From: a virus | Taxonomy: Duplodnaviria; Caudoviricetes | Virus record (IMG/VR): IMGVR_UViG_3300049846_000940 | Location: 1 to 47,602 of that record | Reading direction: 5' to 3' (one strand) | DNA length: 47,602 nt | Shown here: positions 25,633 to 36,200 of the stretch, piece by piece | How the letters are laid out: each line of letters opens with the position of its first letter | Position numbering within the stretch: the stretch's first letter is position 1 | Program-made: the position numbers and the translations under genes | Notes under the pieces: generated by a model | Seen by the model: the letters and a program-made list of their open reading frames with translations, nothing else | The model's database searches: none | What the model was told of the DNA's origin: nothing

Positions 25633-26052
25633 ATGAACCCACAAGATAAAATATCCAAATATTTCACATACAAAGAAGCTTTATGGCTACCTCAATGGAA
25701 TCGTTGTGCTACAGATGAGGACGGCCTAACAGAAGAACATATCCAAAACCTGAAGGACTTATTCTTGGTTATGGATAAAGTGCGCGAATTATTCGGCGCT
25801 CCTGTTATTGTACACGTCTCATTCAGACCTGTGTCTTATAATGCACAAGTTAATGGATCTAAGCGTAGTTCTCACATGGAAGGTAAGGCCGTGGACTTTC
25901 ACGTAAAAGGCATTAATTGTGATGAAGCTCGGGCTAAATTATTACCTAAATTAGATGAATTAGGCCTAAGAATGGAAAATTTGCCTAATTCAGGATGGGT
26001 ACACCTTGATACCCGTATTCCTGGTCCCTCTGGCCGATTTTTCAAACCCTAA
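25633..26052 (+). CDS. Peptidase M15A-type zinc peptidase (candidate endolysin)
   Basis: SFRP..YN..V.G...SSHMEGKAVDF and WVHLD. Confidence 0.88.
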   Translation: MNPQDKISKYFTYKEALWLPQWNRCATDEDGLTEEHIQNLKDLFLVMDKVRELFGAPVIVHVSFRPVSYNAQVNGSKRSSHMEGKAVDFHVKGINCDEARAKLLPKLDELGLRMENLPNSGWVHLDTRIPGPSGRFFKP

Positions 26053-26055
26053 TAA

Positions 26056-26066
26056 TAACAAGTAAT
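26056..26066 (+). promoter_or_regulatory. Putative late promoter TAACAAGTAAT
   Basis: Intergenic, before the tail gene block. Confidence 0.65.
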
Positions 26067-26080
26067 TTTAGGAGAAATCA

Positions 26081-26551
26081 GTGGCAATCGAACTTACCGT
26101 GGCGGGTACGCCCTATCAGTATCCTGAGAACAGAGAGCAACCTGGGTGGGGCGAAGATGCCACTGCTTGGGCTGTAGGTGTTACGGCTGTATTAGAGAGC
26201 CTAAACAGTCCTGGAGATATTCTCACAACTAGCGCTGTTATTGCTAACAATCAAGCTGTAGCTGCAGACGTAAACGGTCTTCAATTTGACCCGGCAGTAG
26301 TACGTGCCGCTATCTGTCAATACTCTGTGGTACGAACTACAGACACAAACGAAAAAGTCGAATGTGGTCACATTTATGTGGCATATAAATCACAATCAGG
26401 AACGTGGGAATACTCCGTAGTTGGGACTGCCTCAGGAGGAATTGATTTTTCAGTTCTTCCTTCCGGGCAAATTCAGTACACTACCGACAATATCGCTGGA
26501 ACAAACTACTCCGGCTCAATTAAATTTAACGCAAAGGCTTCAACATTTTAA
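26081..26551 (+). CDS. Virion structural protein (fibre adaptor-like)
   Basis: GTG with AGGAG RBS; beta-rich; precedes the tail fibre. Confidence 0.65.
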   Translation: MAIELTVAGTPYQYPENREQPGWGEDATAWAVGVTAVLESLNSPGDILTTSAVIANNQAVAADVNGLQFDPAVVRAAICQYSVVRTTDTNEKVECGHIYVAYKSQSGTWEYSVVGTASGGIDFSVLPSGQIQYTTDNIAGTNYSGSIKFNAKASTF

Positions 26552-26572
26552 CCTGGACAATGAAGGGGAAAC

Positions 26573-29500
26573 ATGGCAAATAATCTTTTTAGAATCAATA
26601 ACGGCTTAAATCTTGGGTCACTCACTGGAGATCCTGCAAATCCTAAAGAAGGGGATTTCTACAGAAACTCCACCACTAATCGTCTGAGAGCATATATCAA
26701 TGGCTCTTGGCGTGACGCAGTAATGGCTGATGAAGCTCAGACTCTCACTAACAAAACAATTGATGCAGATAATAACACTGTCTCCAATATCGACGATGGA
26801 AACATTAAAGCCGCAGCTGGAATTGATGCTAGTAAGATTGCAGATGGTTCCGTAAGTAATGCGGAATTTCAAGCTCTAAATGGACTTGTGGGTGCTATTG
26901 TCACAACTACTGGTACTCAAACACTTACAAACAAGACAATTGACGCCGATCTAAACACCATTTCAAATATTGAAAATGCGGATATTAAGGCAGCTGCTGC
27001 TATTGATGCAACTAAAATCGCTAACGGATCAGTCGATAACACCGAATTTCAACGTCTTGACGGAGTGAATGCTCCTATTGTCACGACCACAGGAACTCAA
27101 ACTTTATCAAACAAGACTCTTCAAACTAGCACCACACAGTTTTCTGATACTGGAAACACCGCCATAAAAATTGCTGCATCTGGACCTGTTTCCCTTACTT
27201 CTTTGACTTTTGCGCCTACTGCTCCAGGTAGCTATGTGGTTAATGTACCGGCTGGTAACGTTGATTTAGTTGGTCACGACACAACACAGACTCTTACTAA
27301 CAAAACAATCAGCGGAGCCTCTAATACTCTTTCTAATATCCCTAACTCCGCAACTACAGCCACAGCACTAAACACTGCTTCTACTATCGTAGCTCGTGAT
27401 GGGGCTGGTGGATTTGCTGCTGAAGATATCGTTTCTCACTCCATTACAGTTGAACCTGGGGTTGGTGGTGGTATCTTAGCTGATTCTGCAGGAGCTTATG
27501 GCGTTCTTGAAGGTGCTGGCGCTAATAACATCACAGTCGGTGGAGCATCAAGTACCGTTGTTATTCCTGGCAATGTTCAAATTAATGGTACCACTGTTAA
27601 TGTAAATACTACTGATCTCAATGTAACAGATAAGAATATTTCTGTAAACGTTGGTGGAAATGATGCGTCTTCAGAAGGAGCAGGTCTAACTGTAGACCGT
27701 ACTTCTACTGATGGCTCATTAATCTATAAAGCTGCTTCTGCGAGTAAGTGGGCAGCTGGACCTGTTGGTTCAGAAGATGATCTTGTTGCTGCAACCGTAA
27801 CGCAAACTCTAACTAATAAGACCGTTGGTGACGCTCTTACAATGGTTCAGGTTGCTACTCCTTCTAATCCAGCTGCCGGACGAGATAAACTCTATTTTAA
27901 ATCCGACGATAAGCTTTATCGTTTGACTAGCGCAGGTGTTGAAGCTGAAGTAGGCAGCACAGATTTTGCTAACAAATCTCTCTCAAACTTAACAGCACCT
28001 ACCGCCATTAATGAAGACCTCGAATTTGCAATGTCCGATGCTAAAATTATTGGATATTTGGGGGGAGGGTCACTTTCTTTAGAAACTCAAACTCCTCTTG
28101 CTGGACTTAATAGTGGTGATATTAATTTAACAACAGGAACACCTAGCACTATTGCTGGTCCTGGTACAGCAGATAGCGCGGGTACTGTTAACATCCAAAC
28201 TGGCATTGGTGGAGAAGTTACATTAGGTACTCCTGGTCCTGGCGCAAGAGTTGCGGGACATGGTGGATCTTTAAACGTATTGACTGGTAATGGTGGAGAT
28301 GCTACCGGACCTTCTTCTACTGCCGGAAATGCTGGTAGCGTTTCTGTAGGAACTGGGGATGGAGGTACCGCTTCTTCCGGAACCGGAGTAGCTGGAAATA
28401 TTGATCTATGGACCGGTAACTCTGGCACAAATGGTGGCGGTTATATCTACCTTCAAGGTGGACAGCCAACAACTGGCGGAGTGGCCCAATTAGTAGCTGG
28501 TCCTGGCGATCCTCCTGGCAGTGCAACTATTAGCGGCGGATCTGTTATCTCTACTGCAAATACAGATGCCGGGTCTGTTGTTCTACAAACTGGACAAGCT
28601 ACTGGTAATGGTGGTGGTACAATTGAATTTCAAACAGTTCCTTATAATCAAGGGTCTGGAGTAACTGTTAGAGGTCAACAGAAATCTGTTTCTATTCGCG
28701 GTGAAGAACTTCGTCTTCATCCTACAGATGATCCTACTGATTACGTTGGCTTAAAAGCTCCTACTAGTACAACTTCTTATACTGTAAGTCTACCTAACGT
28801 AGCTCCTACAACCGGCCAAGTTCTACAAGCTTCAAGCGCAACTGCACTTACTTGGGCGAATAGTTCCTTGGCTTCTGGAGATGGGGTTCAGCAGAATCTT
28901 CTTGGTCTTAACTCTTCGTTTGTACTTGCAACTCCGACTGATCGAGATGCTGAATCCTCTGTAGGTAACTGGATTGCTTACGCGGATGCTGCTGGAACTT
29001 CTCCGGTAGATATGACTGGAGGAAGCCCCACAGCTACAGCAATTTCTAGAAATACTGTATCTCCCTTGAATGGTACAGGTAATTTTGTGCTCAGTACGAG
29101 TTTTGTAGGTTCTGTTCAGGGAGAAGGTGTCTCTTGTGTTGTCCATGTTCCTCCTGCTTACAGAGGAACCGTATTGGAGTTTGGGTTTGCTTATACAGCA
29201 ACAGGAACATTTGTTGAAGATGATTTTCGCTTGTTTGCTTATGACGTTACAAACTCCACGGTAATTACTCCTTACTCGGCAGGAAAAATTTTAGGAGCTG
29301 GTCCTTCAAAAGCTTCCGCAATCTTCCCTATTCCGACAAACTGCGCTCAGCTTCGAGTTGGTATTCATATTGCCGCTGCAACAGGAGTTGGTGCTCCTAC
29401 TATTTCCTTTGATGACGTATATGTTACTCCGCACGTTTCATCGTACGGGATGGCGGGGAGTGATGTCATTTCGTTCACTCCAACAGGCTCACATACCACC

Positions 29501-30829
29501 AATATCTCCTACGCGGGGAGGTACTGGAGAGTGGGTGACAATCTGGTAATGGACGTTGTGGCGACTCTGTCCGGGGCAACGGATTCCGGGTCGATCTACT
29601 TCAACCTGCCTTCTGGGTTGGCCATAGACACGACAAAGCTGGCAAGCACCTCACAGTCTGGTTTGGTATTTGGCACTGGTGTCTTCAACGACGCCTCTGG
29701 AAGTCAGTACGTCCTAATCGCCAGATACGACACGACCACTCGGTTGCGTCTGCTCTATCTGGACGCTTCTGCCATTGTGAACACGTTTTCAAACACTGCT
29801 CCGGTCACGATGGCTTCTGGTGACACGATTTCGATGCGCTTGCAGGTGCCTATCGCTACCTGGTCCTCCAACGTCACGATGGCGAACAGTAGTCAGTTCA
29901 GGATCAGCAGCTACTTGGCGAATGGAACAAATACGGCAGGTACTGCACCCGCTCGTTTAGGTGAGTACACGACTAAACGTCGTGATCCTGGAGCGAGTAC
30001 CTACAACACGACCACTGCCACCCCTGGAACATTGCCGTCCGCAGCTAACGGATTTCTGATCTACCGTGGAGTTGGGTGGGCCTCTGGCGATGCGGTAAAT
30101 CAGCCCACACGGTATGATATCTTCATCGGTCAAAGAAAAAGCTACAGGCTGGTCGCGTACACCGGGACAGGTTTTACTGGGCCTGTAGATATTTCCCCTG
30201 GGATCGTCGCTACTGCGAACGGGATTGGGTACTCAACAAACTATGATGAGTCTACTGGTGTATTGACCATTGTAGGCTTCAACAACGCCAACCTAACCAG
30301 CGCCCCATCAACAGGTATCGACGCGACTGGCAACGTCATCACGTCGAACTTGTATATGGATGTGATCGTGTCTGAAAATGCTTTGGCAGTAGGCGTTCAG
30401 TCACCTAGAAGCGAGATCCAAGTTACGACTGGAGCGGGACATGGTTCAACTAATACTAAGATCCGACGTATCGAAACTGCTCACACCAGCATTGGCTCTG
30501 CGATTAGTGTTGCGCACAGCGCCACATTAGGTACTTCATTTACTATTAACGAAGATGGGGTTTATTCTATTAGATATAGAGATGATTTAAATGGAGGAGT
30601 TGCTACAATTGGTATTTCTAGAAATTCTACACAGCTCACCACTACAATCACCTCCATTACTGCTGGAGATATTTTAGATGCCGCAGACACCCCATCTGCA
30701 AATCGTGGTATGGTTTGTGTTTGGGTTGGAGTATTACGAGCCGGAGATGTAATTCGGCCTCATACAGACGGAACACCAGATGATACTAGTGTTCAATCTC
30801 GATTTCAAATAACTAAGGTTTCAAATTAA
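26573..30829 (+). CDS. Long tail fibre / receptor-binding protein
   Basis: 1418 aa; TQTLTNKT repeats, ANKSLSNL, Gly-rich beta repeats and multiple C-terminal beta domains. Confidence 0.88.
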   Translation: MANNLFRINNGLNLGSLTGDPANPKEGDFYRNSTTNRLRAYINGSWRDAVMADEAQTLTNKTIDADNNTVSNIDDGNIKAAAGIDASKIADGSVSNAEFQALNGLVGAIVTTTGTQTLTNKTIDADLNTISNIENADIKAAAAIDATKIANGSVDNTEFQRLDGVNAPIVTTTGTQTLSNKTLQTSTTQFSDTGNTAIKIAASGPVSLTSLTFAPTAPGSYVVNVPAGNVDLVGHDTTQTLTNKTISGASNTLSNIPNSATTATALNTASTIVARDGAGGFAAEDIVSHSITVEPGVGGGILADSAGAYGVLEGAGANNITVGGASSTVVIPGNVQINGTTVNVNTTDLNVTDKNISVNVGGNDASSEGAGLTVDRTSTDGSLIYKAASASKWAAGPVGSEDDLVAATVTQTLTNKTVGDALTMVQVATPSNPAAGRDKLYFKSDDKLYRLTSAGVEAEVGSTDFANKSLSNLTAPTAINEDLEFAMSDAKIIGYLGGGSLSLETQTPLAGLNSGDINLTTGTPSTIAGPGTADSAGTVNIQTGIGGEVTLGTPGPGARVAGHGGSLNVLTGNGGDATGPSSTAGNAGSVSVGTGDGGTASSGTGVAGNIDLWTGNSGTNGGGYIYLQGGQPTTGGVAQLVAGPGDPPGSATISGGSVISTANTDAGSVVLQTGQATGNGGGTIEFQTVPYNQGSGVTVRGQQKSVSIRGEELRLHPTDDPTDYVGLKAPTSTTSYTVSLPNVAPTTGQVLQASSATALTWANSSLASGDGVQQNLLGLNSSFVLATPTDRDAESSVGNWIAYADAAGTSPVDMTGGSPTATAISRNTVSPLNGTGNFVLSTSFVGSVQGEGVSCVVHVPPAYRGTVLEFGFAYTATGTFVEDDFRLFAYDVTNSTVITPYSAGKILGAGPSKASAIFPIPTNCAQLRVGIHIAAATGVGAPTISFDDVYVTPHVSSYGMAGSDVISFTPTGSHTTNISYAGRYWRVGDNLVMDVVATLSGATDSGSIYFNLPSGLAIDTTKLASTSQSGLVFGTGVFNDASGSQYVLIARYDTTTRLRLLYLDASAIVNTFSNTAPVTMASGDTISMRLQVPIATWSSNVTMANSSQFRISSYLANGTNTAGTAPARLGEYTTKRRDPGASTYNTTTATPGTLPSAANGFLIYRGVGWASGDAVNQPTRYDIFIGQRKSYRLVAYTGTGFTGPVDISPGIVATANGIGYSTNYDESTGVLTIVGFNNANLTSAPSTGIDATGNVITSNLYMDVIVSENALAVGVQSPRSEIQVTTGAGHGSTNTKIRRIETAHTSIGSAISVAHSATLGTSFTINEDGVYSIRYRDDLNGGVATIGISRNSTQLTTTITSITAGDILDAADTPSANRGMVCVWVGVLRAGDVIRPHTDGTPDDTSVQSRFQITKVSN
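26738..27120 (+). repeat. 180-bp (60-aa) tandem duplication in the fibre shaft
   Basis: TLTNKT/TLSNKT at 26741, 26921 and 27101 with conserved IKAAAxIDAxKIAxGSVxNxEFQ. Confidence 0.85.
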
Positions 30830-30840
30830 TAGGAGATAAA

Positions 30841-31056
30841 ATGATCACATCACAATTAGATGCAAATCAAATCATTCAACAAATTCATGTACCGTGGGAT
30901 TATTTTTCGCGGTCAATCACAACTACCACTGTAGCTAATGATACAGAGGTTTATACGTACAAAACAGGAGGAGCCAGTGGCACTACAGTTTTAACAGTAA
31001 CTTTAGTATACACTGATGCTACTCTTACTACAATACTAAGCGGAACTAGGAGCTAA
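30841..31056 (+). CDS. Small structural protein with QLDANQ motif
   Basis: AGGAG RBS; YTYKTGGASGT.V.T.TL.Y pattern. Confidence 0.7.
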   Translation: MITSQLDANQIIQQIHVPWDYFSRSITTTTVANDTEVYTYKTGGASGTTVLTVTLVYTDATLTTILSGTRS

Positions 31057-31057
31057 C

Positions 31058-31945
31058 ATGGGCGTTATTTTTAATCCATTTAATGGAGGTCTTATTCCAA
31101 CTGGACCTGCTTCAGAGGGTGGAGGAGGGGTATCTTCTATCAATGCCCTGGGAGAACCCGCACTCACCGGAGCCGTCGAAATTGAGCCGGGATCAAACGT
31201 CTCCCTTTCTCAAGTCGGTCAATCCATCATTATTTCTGCTACTGGAAGTGGAGTTCCTGCTGATCCACTATATGAGAACGATCTTCTTTTGTGGCTAGAT
31301 CCTTCTGATTTAACGACTATCACAGAAAGTTCTCTGGTCATTTCTCAGGTAGAGGATAAATCCGCTAACGGATATATTTTTACTCCTTTTAGCACCGGAC
31401 CAACCTTAGCATCTAATTACTTTGGGTACGGTAGGCATGGAATTACTTTTGACGGTGTAGTAAATAATCTAAAATCCAGTGTAGAACTTCCGACTTATAT
31501 TACAGTATTCATGGTTATTCAGAGTCCAGGAGGTACGGCTTATCTGATGAATCATAATAACGATACAACTTATATCTCAACTTCAAATCCTGGATTTCAG
31601 ATTTTCGCAGACGACGCTCAGTGGGGAGTCACACGGACTGGAGAAATTCAGTTACAAAACGGCGGTTTGCAGCTAGTAAATCAAAAAAGAATTGTTCAGT
31701 TTATTTATGGCAGTACAGAACAAGGTATTTATTTTGGCGATACACTTTATGCGTATTCTCCATCAGGAACCTTAGTCTCAAATTCAAATCTTACTGCAGA
31801 CCTTACTCTCATGTCTTCATCTTATGAAACTCTTTATCTTTCAGGGACTTTGGGAGAAGTGCGTATTTATAATAGACAACTAACAAGAGATGAACACTCT
31901 GCCGTTCGTAGACAGTTAAGTACAAAATGGGGTATTTCCCTCTAA
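31058..31945 (+). CDS. LamG/concanavalin A-like lectin-domain protein
   Basis: LLLWLDPSD, DKSANG, ITFDG and GEVRIYNRQLT...LSTKWG. Confidence 0.85.
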   Translation: MGVIFNPFNGGLIPTGPASEGGGGVSSINALGEPALTGAVEIEPGSNVSLSQVGQSIIISATGSGVPADPLYENDLLLWLDPSDLTTITESSLVISQVEDKSANGYIFTPFSTGPTLASNYFGYGRHGITFDGVVNNLKSSVELPTYITVFMVIQSPGGTAYLMNHNNDTTYISTSNPGFQIFADDAQWGVTRTGEIQLQNGGLQLVNQKRIVQFIYGSTEQGIYFGDTLYAYSPSGTLVSNSNLTADLTLMSSSYETLYLSGTLGEVRIYNRQLTRDEHSAVRRQLSTKWGISL

Positions 31946-31970
31946 ATTATAACCTAAGGAGAATAATGAT

Positions 31971-32285
31971 ATGATGAAAATGTTAAAGAAGCTAATGGAA
32001 GAAAAGGGGCAGTCCGAAATGGACCCTGCCGCTAAGAAAGCTAAGGAAAGCGTGCTCAAAGAGATCAGCGATATGGCTGGAAAGAGCATGGGAGAAGATG
32101 TTAAGGGACTCAAGAAAGTTTCCGTAATGTCTGATTCTCCAGAAGGACTCAAAGCTGGACTCGAAAAAGCTGAAGAAGTTGTTGAAGAAGCAGAAGAGTC
32201 TGATGACATGGAAAGCATGAGCGACGAAGAAATTGAAATGCTCATGAAGAAGCTTGAAGAACTAAAAGCTAAGAAGAAGGCGTAA
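31971..32285 (+). CDS. Highly charged small protein
   Basis: AAGGAG RBS; high-expression codons; KVSVMSDSPEGLKAGL. Confidence 0.75.
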   Translation: MMKMLKKLMEEKGQSEMDPAAKKAKESVLKEISDMAGKSMGEDVKGLKKVSVMSDSPEGLKAGLEKAEEVVEEAEESDDMESMSDEEIEMLMKKLEELKAKKKA

Positions 32286-32290
32286 TAACA

Positions 32291-33229
32291 ATGGCATCTT
32301 ACCTCACTAGTACCACGCTTATCGAGAGCGTGAAAAGGCGGCAGTCCATCCCAACGTCTCAGTATACGTTTCAAGATGCTGACTTTTTGGCATTTGCCAA
32401 CGAAGAGGTGATGCTTGGTATTCTTCCTACTGTTATGCAGTATCATGAAGAGTACTTTGTTTATTCAAAAACAATCCCACTTGAGGCTAATAAATCGCTC
32501 TATCCCATCCCAGCTAGAGCTATTGGAGCTAAGGTGCGTTTAATTAGATTCGCCGATAGCGGAGGTACTGTCAAAGAAGTTGCTCGTATTAATCCCGAAG
32601 ATGCGATATTCTATCAGTCTACCACTAATAGCATCAACTCCGTAACTAAATATTTCTATATTCAAAATAATATGATTAAACTAGTTCCAAATGTTGGAGC
32701 GAGTCCCACAGGTTCTTTGATTGTAGATTATTTCATGCGTCCAAATCAACTGGTAGATGAAGATCGGTGCGCGCTTATTACGGCTATCAATACAAACACA
32801 GGAGTCATCACGTTAGACGCTCTTCCAACTGGAATGTCTACTTCGACTAGAGTGGACTTTATCGAAACTGCCGGTGGACATAGAACAAAAGGCTTAGATA
32901 TTCTCCCTACAGCCACTTCGTCCACATCTATTACTGTAGCCACGACAGATATTCCAGCTGACTTGGAGGTGGGTGATTACATTAATTTCGCTGGCGAAAC
33001 CTTTATCCCACAAATCCCAGACGACCTACATCCGATGTTAGCGCAGAGAGTTGCTGCTCGTTGTGTTGAGGCTTTAGGGGACGTGGGAAATCTTCAGGCT
33101 GCTAATCAAAAACTAGCGGAAATGGAAGTTAAAACGGCTAATCTTGTCGACAACAGAACCGAAGGTAACCCTCAGAAGGTAGTAAATATTCGCGGACCCT
33201 TGTCTCGCAGAAACAGATGGTGGTGGTAA
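32291..33229 (+). CDS. Head-to-tail adaptor protein
   Basis: L...VKRR...D.L.FANE N-terminal helices, IP.DLH..L C-terminal helix; sits before the nozzle. Confidence 0.7.
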   Translation: MASYLTSTTLIESVKRRQSIPTSQYTFQDADFLAFANEEVMLGILPTVMQYHEEYFVYSKTIPLEANKSLYPIPARAIGAKVRLIRFADSGGTVKEVARINPEDAIFYQSTTNSINSVTKYFYIQNNMIKLVPNVGASPTGSLIVDYFMRPNQLVDEDRCALITAINTNTGVITLDALPTGMSTSTRVDFIETAGGHRTKGLDILPTATSSTSITVATTDIPADLEVGDYINFAGETFIPQIPDDLHPMLAQRVAARCVEALGDVGNLQAANQKLAEMEVKTANLVDNRTEGNPQKVVNIRGPLSRRNRWWW

Positions 33230-36200
33230 ATGGCTCAGAACGTAGTATTAAAGGCAAAGGGACTACATACCTTCCCTAATACTCTTTCGGAAATTCCGGA
33301 AGGAGCCTTACTCGAAGCATCAAATGTTGTAATCGATCGCGATAGTGTCGTAAATCCTCGCAGGGGATTTAAGTTGTACGGTAACGCTTTGTCTGGGCCA
33401 TCAACAAACAGATTAAAGCAGCTTCTGACATATAAAAATCGTGTTCTTCGGCACTACTCTACACGCTTAGAAGTAGATAGTGATGGAGCAGGTACTTTTA
33501 CAGTTTTCAATGACGAAACCGCTTCCCCTGCTTCACTCACAGAAGTTGAAACAGGCTTACGCATTAAGAGTGTGGAAGCTAACGGTAATCTATATATCAC
33601 CACTTCGGATGGAATTAAGAAGATCTCAGCTTTATCACAAGCTACTCTACCCTCTTCTATTATCACTGAATCAGGTGTGCCTGCGGCTTTAGATACTTCT
33701 GTAGAACTAAATTCCGCAACAGGTTTCTTCTCTCAGGACTCTGCCGTTGCCTATAGAGCCATATGGGGTCGTAGAGATAATAACAACAATCTTCTTTTTG
33801 GCGCTCCTAGTGAACGCACTGTCATTACCAACAGCCTCCTAACTCTACTAGTAAATGACTTTAATTCGCTTTTGGTTAAATTAGATGCAGCGGCAGCTAT
33901 TAATACCGGCACATTGAATATGACTGACTATGAAGCTGATCTAAAGTTAGCTTCTAGTGCCAGTTCGACAGCAGTACACACGGCACTTAAGGATCTCTGT
34001 CAGAAACTAGATGCGGATATGACAGTTACTACCTACTACAATGGCGGAGGACCTCCGTCAATCTATAACGATTACGCCACTGCTCCAGATAATCCTGCTA
34101 CAACAGGACAATTAGAAGATCTACAAGCATTTTTTGATGCTATTGTAGACGCTTTGATTTCTGAATCTCTAGCAAACATCGACCTAAATGCTCAGACTGC
34201 AGCAAATTTTACCAACTCAACTCAGAGCGCTACGGTTGATGTAACTCTGACAATTCCAGATGGGATTACTATTGATGATTTTTTTCAAGTATACCGCACT
34301 GAAGTAGCAAGAAGCGGGACTAGTAGCTTTTTGTCTGACGTTGACCCTGGAGATGAAATGGCTTTAGTCTATGAAGCTAATCCTACAGCGCCAGAAATTG
34401 CCGCTAGAGTTGTTACCTTTCTCGATATTACTCCTGATTCTTTTCGTGAAGCTAATTTATATACCAATGCTAATACAGGAGAAGGGATTGCACAAGCAAA
34501 CGAACGTCCTCCGATTGCAAAAGATATTTCTCTTTTTAAGAATAGTGTATTTTATGCCAATACCAAAACTAAGCATAAAAAACAACTAGCTCTACTTTCT
34601 GCTACAGATTTAACCAACAGAACCCTAACCATCGGTTTAGTTGGTGGATCATCTTATACATATACCTTCAAAGACACTGCAAAAACTACCGAGATTACTT
34701 GCATCGCTGGTTCTTTGTTTGTGTCGGGCGGAGCTGCCGATTACTTTGATCTCTATACGGCAAATGACGAGAAAATCTACAGATTCTGGTTTGATGTAAA
34801 TAATACCTGTACACCTCCAAGTGGAGCTGGAGTTACTTTAGTCGAAGTAGACATCGCTAGCACCGACACTGCGGCTCAGGTTGCGACTAAATTGGCTAAT
34901 GTTATTAATCTGTACGATGAGTTTTCTATTTCTACTCTATCTGCTGTAGTAACTGTTGTTAATAACACACAGGGAACATCCTCCGCTCCAGTTGATAACG
35001 TGGCAAATGTCGGATTTACTCTTGTTGTACCTTCAGGTAAGGACGGTAGTGGAGAAAACGTTGGCTCAAGGTATGTTGGAATTGGTAACGATCCGACTCC
35101 TGCTCAAGCAGTTGATGCTACCGCTAGATCATTAGTTCGTATTATTAATAGACAGACCACTGAAAACGTCAATGCTCGTTATATTTCTGGGCCTAATGAT
35201 GTTCCTGGATTGATTCTATTTGAAACCAGAGTTCTTACTTCAAACGCAATTTATTTTACCGTATCAGACACTACTATTGGAGATAAGTTCAATCCAGTTC
35301 TTCCAACAACCGGAACTTCGGTCGTATCTGATAATGAGATTACTCCAAATCGTATTTACTTTTCTAAGTATCAAGAACCAGAAGCAGTTCCTCTAGTTAA
35401 TACTTTAGACATTGGCCCTAAAGATAAGAAAATTATTCGAATTGCCGCGTTACGTGATAGCCTATTCGTACTTAAAGAAGAAGGAGTTTATCGTGTATCT
35501 GGCGATGCGGGTCAATTTGCCGTAATTCCGTTTGATAATACGGTCGTATGTCGAGTACCTGATTCTGTAGCTGTAATCAATAACCAGATCTTCTTTTTTG
35601 CTGATCAAGGAATTGCAACTCTAACGGACACAGGAGCTTCTATTGTTTCTCGTTCTATCGAAGATCAACTACTGCCGCTAATTAACTCTGAATACGAGGA
35701 TTTCCCTACCGCCTCTTTTGGTGTTGGGTATGAAACAGATCGAGCTTATCTGTTTTGGACAGTGACTGATACTAGCGATGATGTCGCTACTCAATGCTTC
35801 CGCTATAATTATTTCACCCAAACTTGGACAAAGTGGTTGCTATCAAAGACCTGCGCAACATTAACGGACAGACTCTATCTAGGTGCAGCTGACACTAACT
35901 ATGTAGAAATTGAACGGAAGAGCTACACCCGTCTGGATTATGCAGATCGTGAAGTTAGCTTAACTATGCCCGCTAGTGCTATTACAGGCACCACGTTGAC
36001 CTTAGGAGCGCTTTTTGGCGTGGTTATGGGGGATGTACTAGTTCAAGATCAAAAGCTCACTATTGCCCAATACAACCGTCTATTGAAGAAACTAGATACC
36101 GATGTCGGGGTTGGATTTACAGATTACTACTCTTCTTTAGGCGCTATTCCTGGGGATAATTTAGGTAACAAGTTAGTTCTATTGGCTGCTAAACTAAACG

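Noticed and set aside
36166-36176. TAACAAGTTAG resembling the late motif
   Set aside because: Inside the nozzle CDS (GNKLV), far from any start codon; probably chance, though an internal promoter is not excluded.
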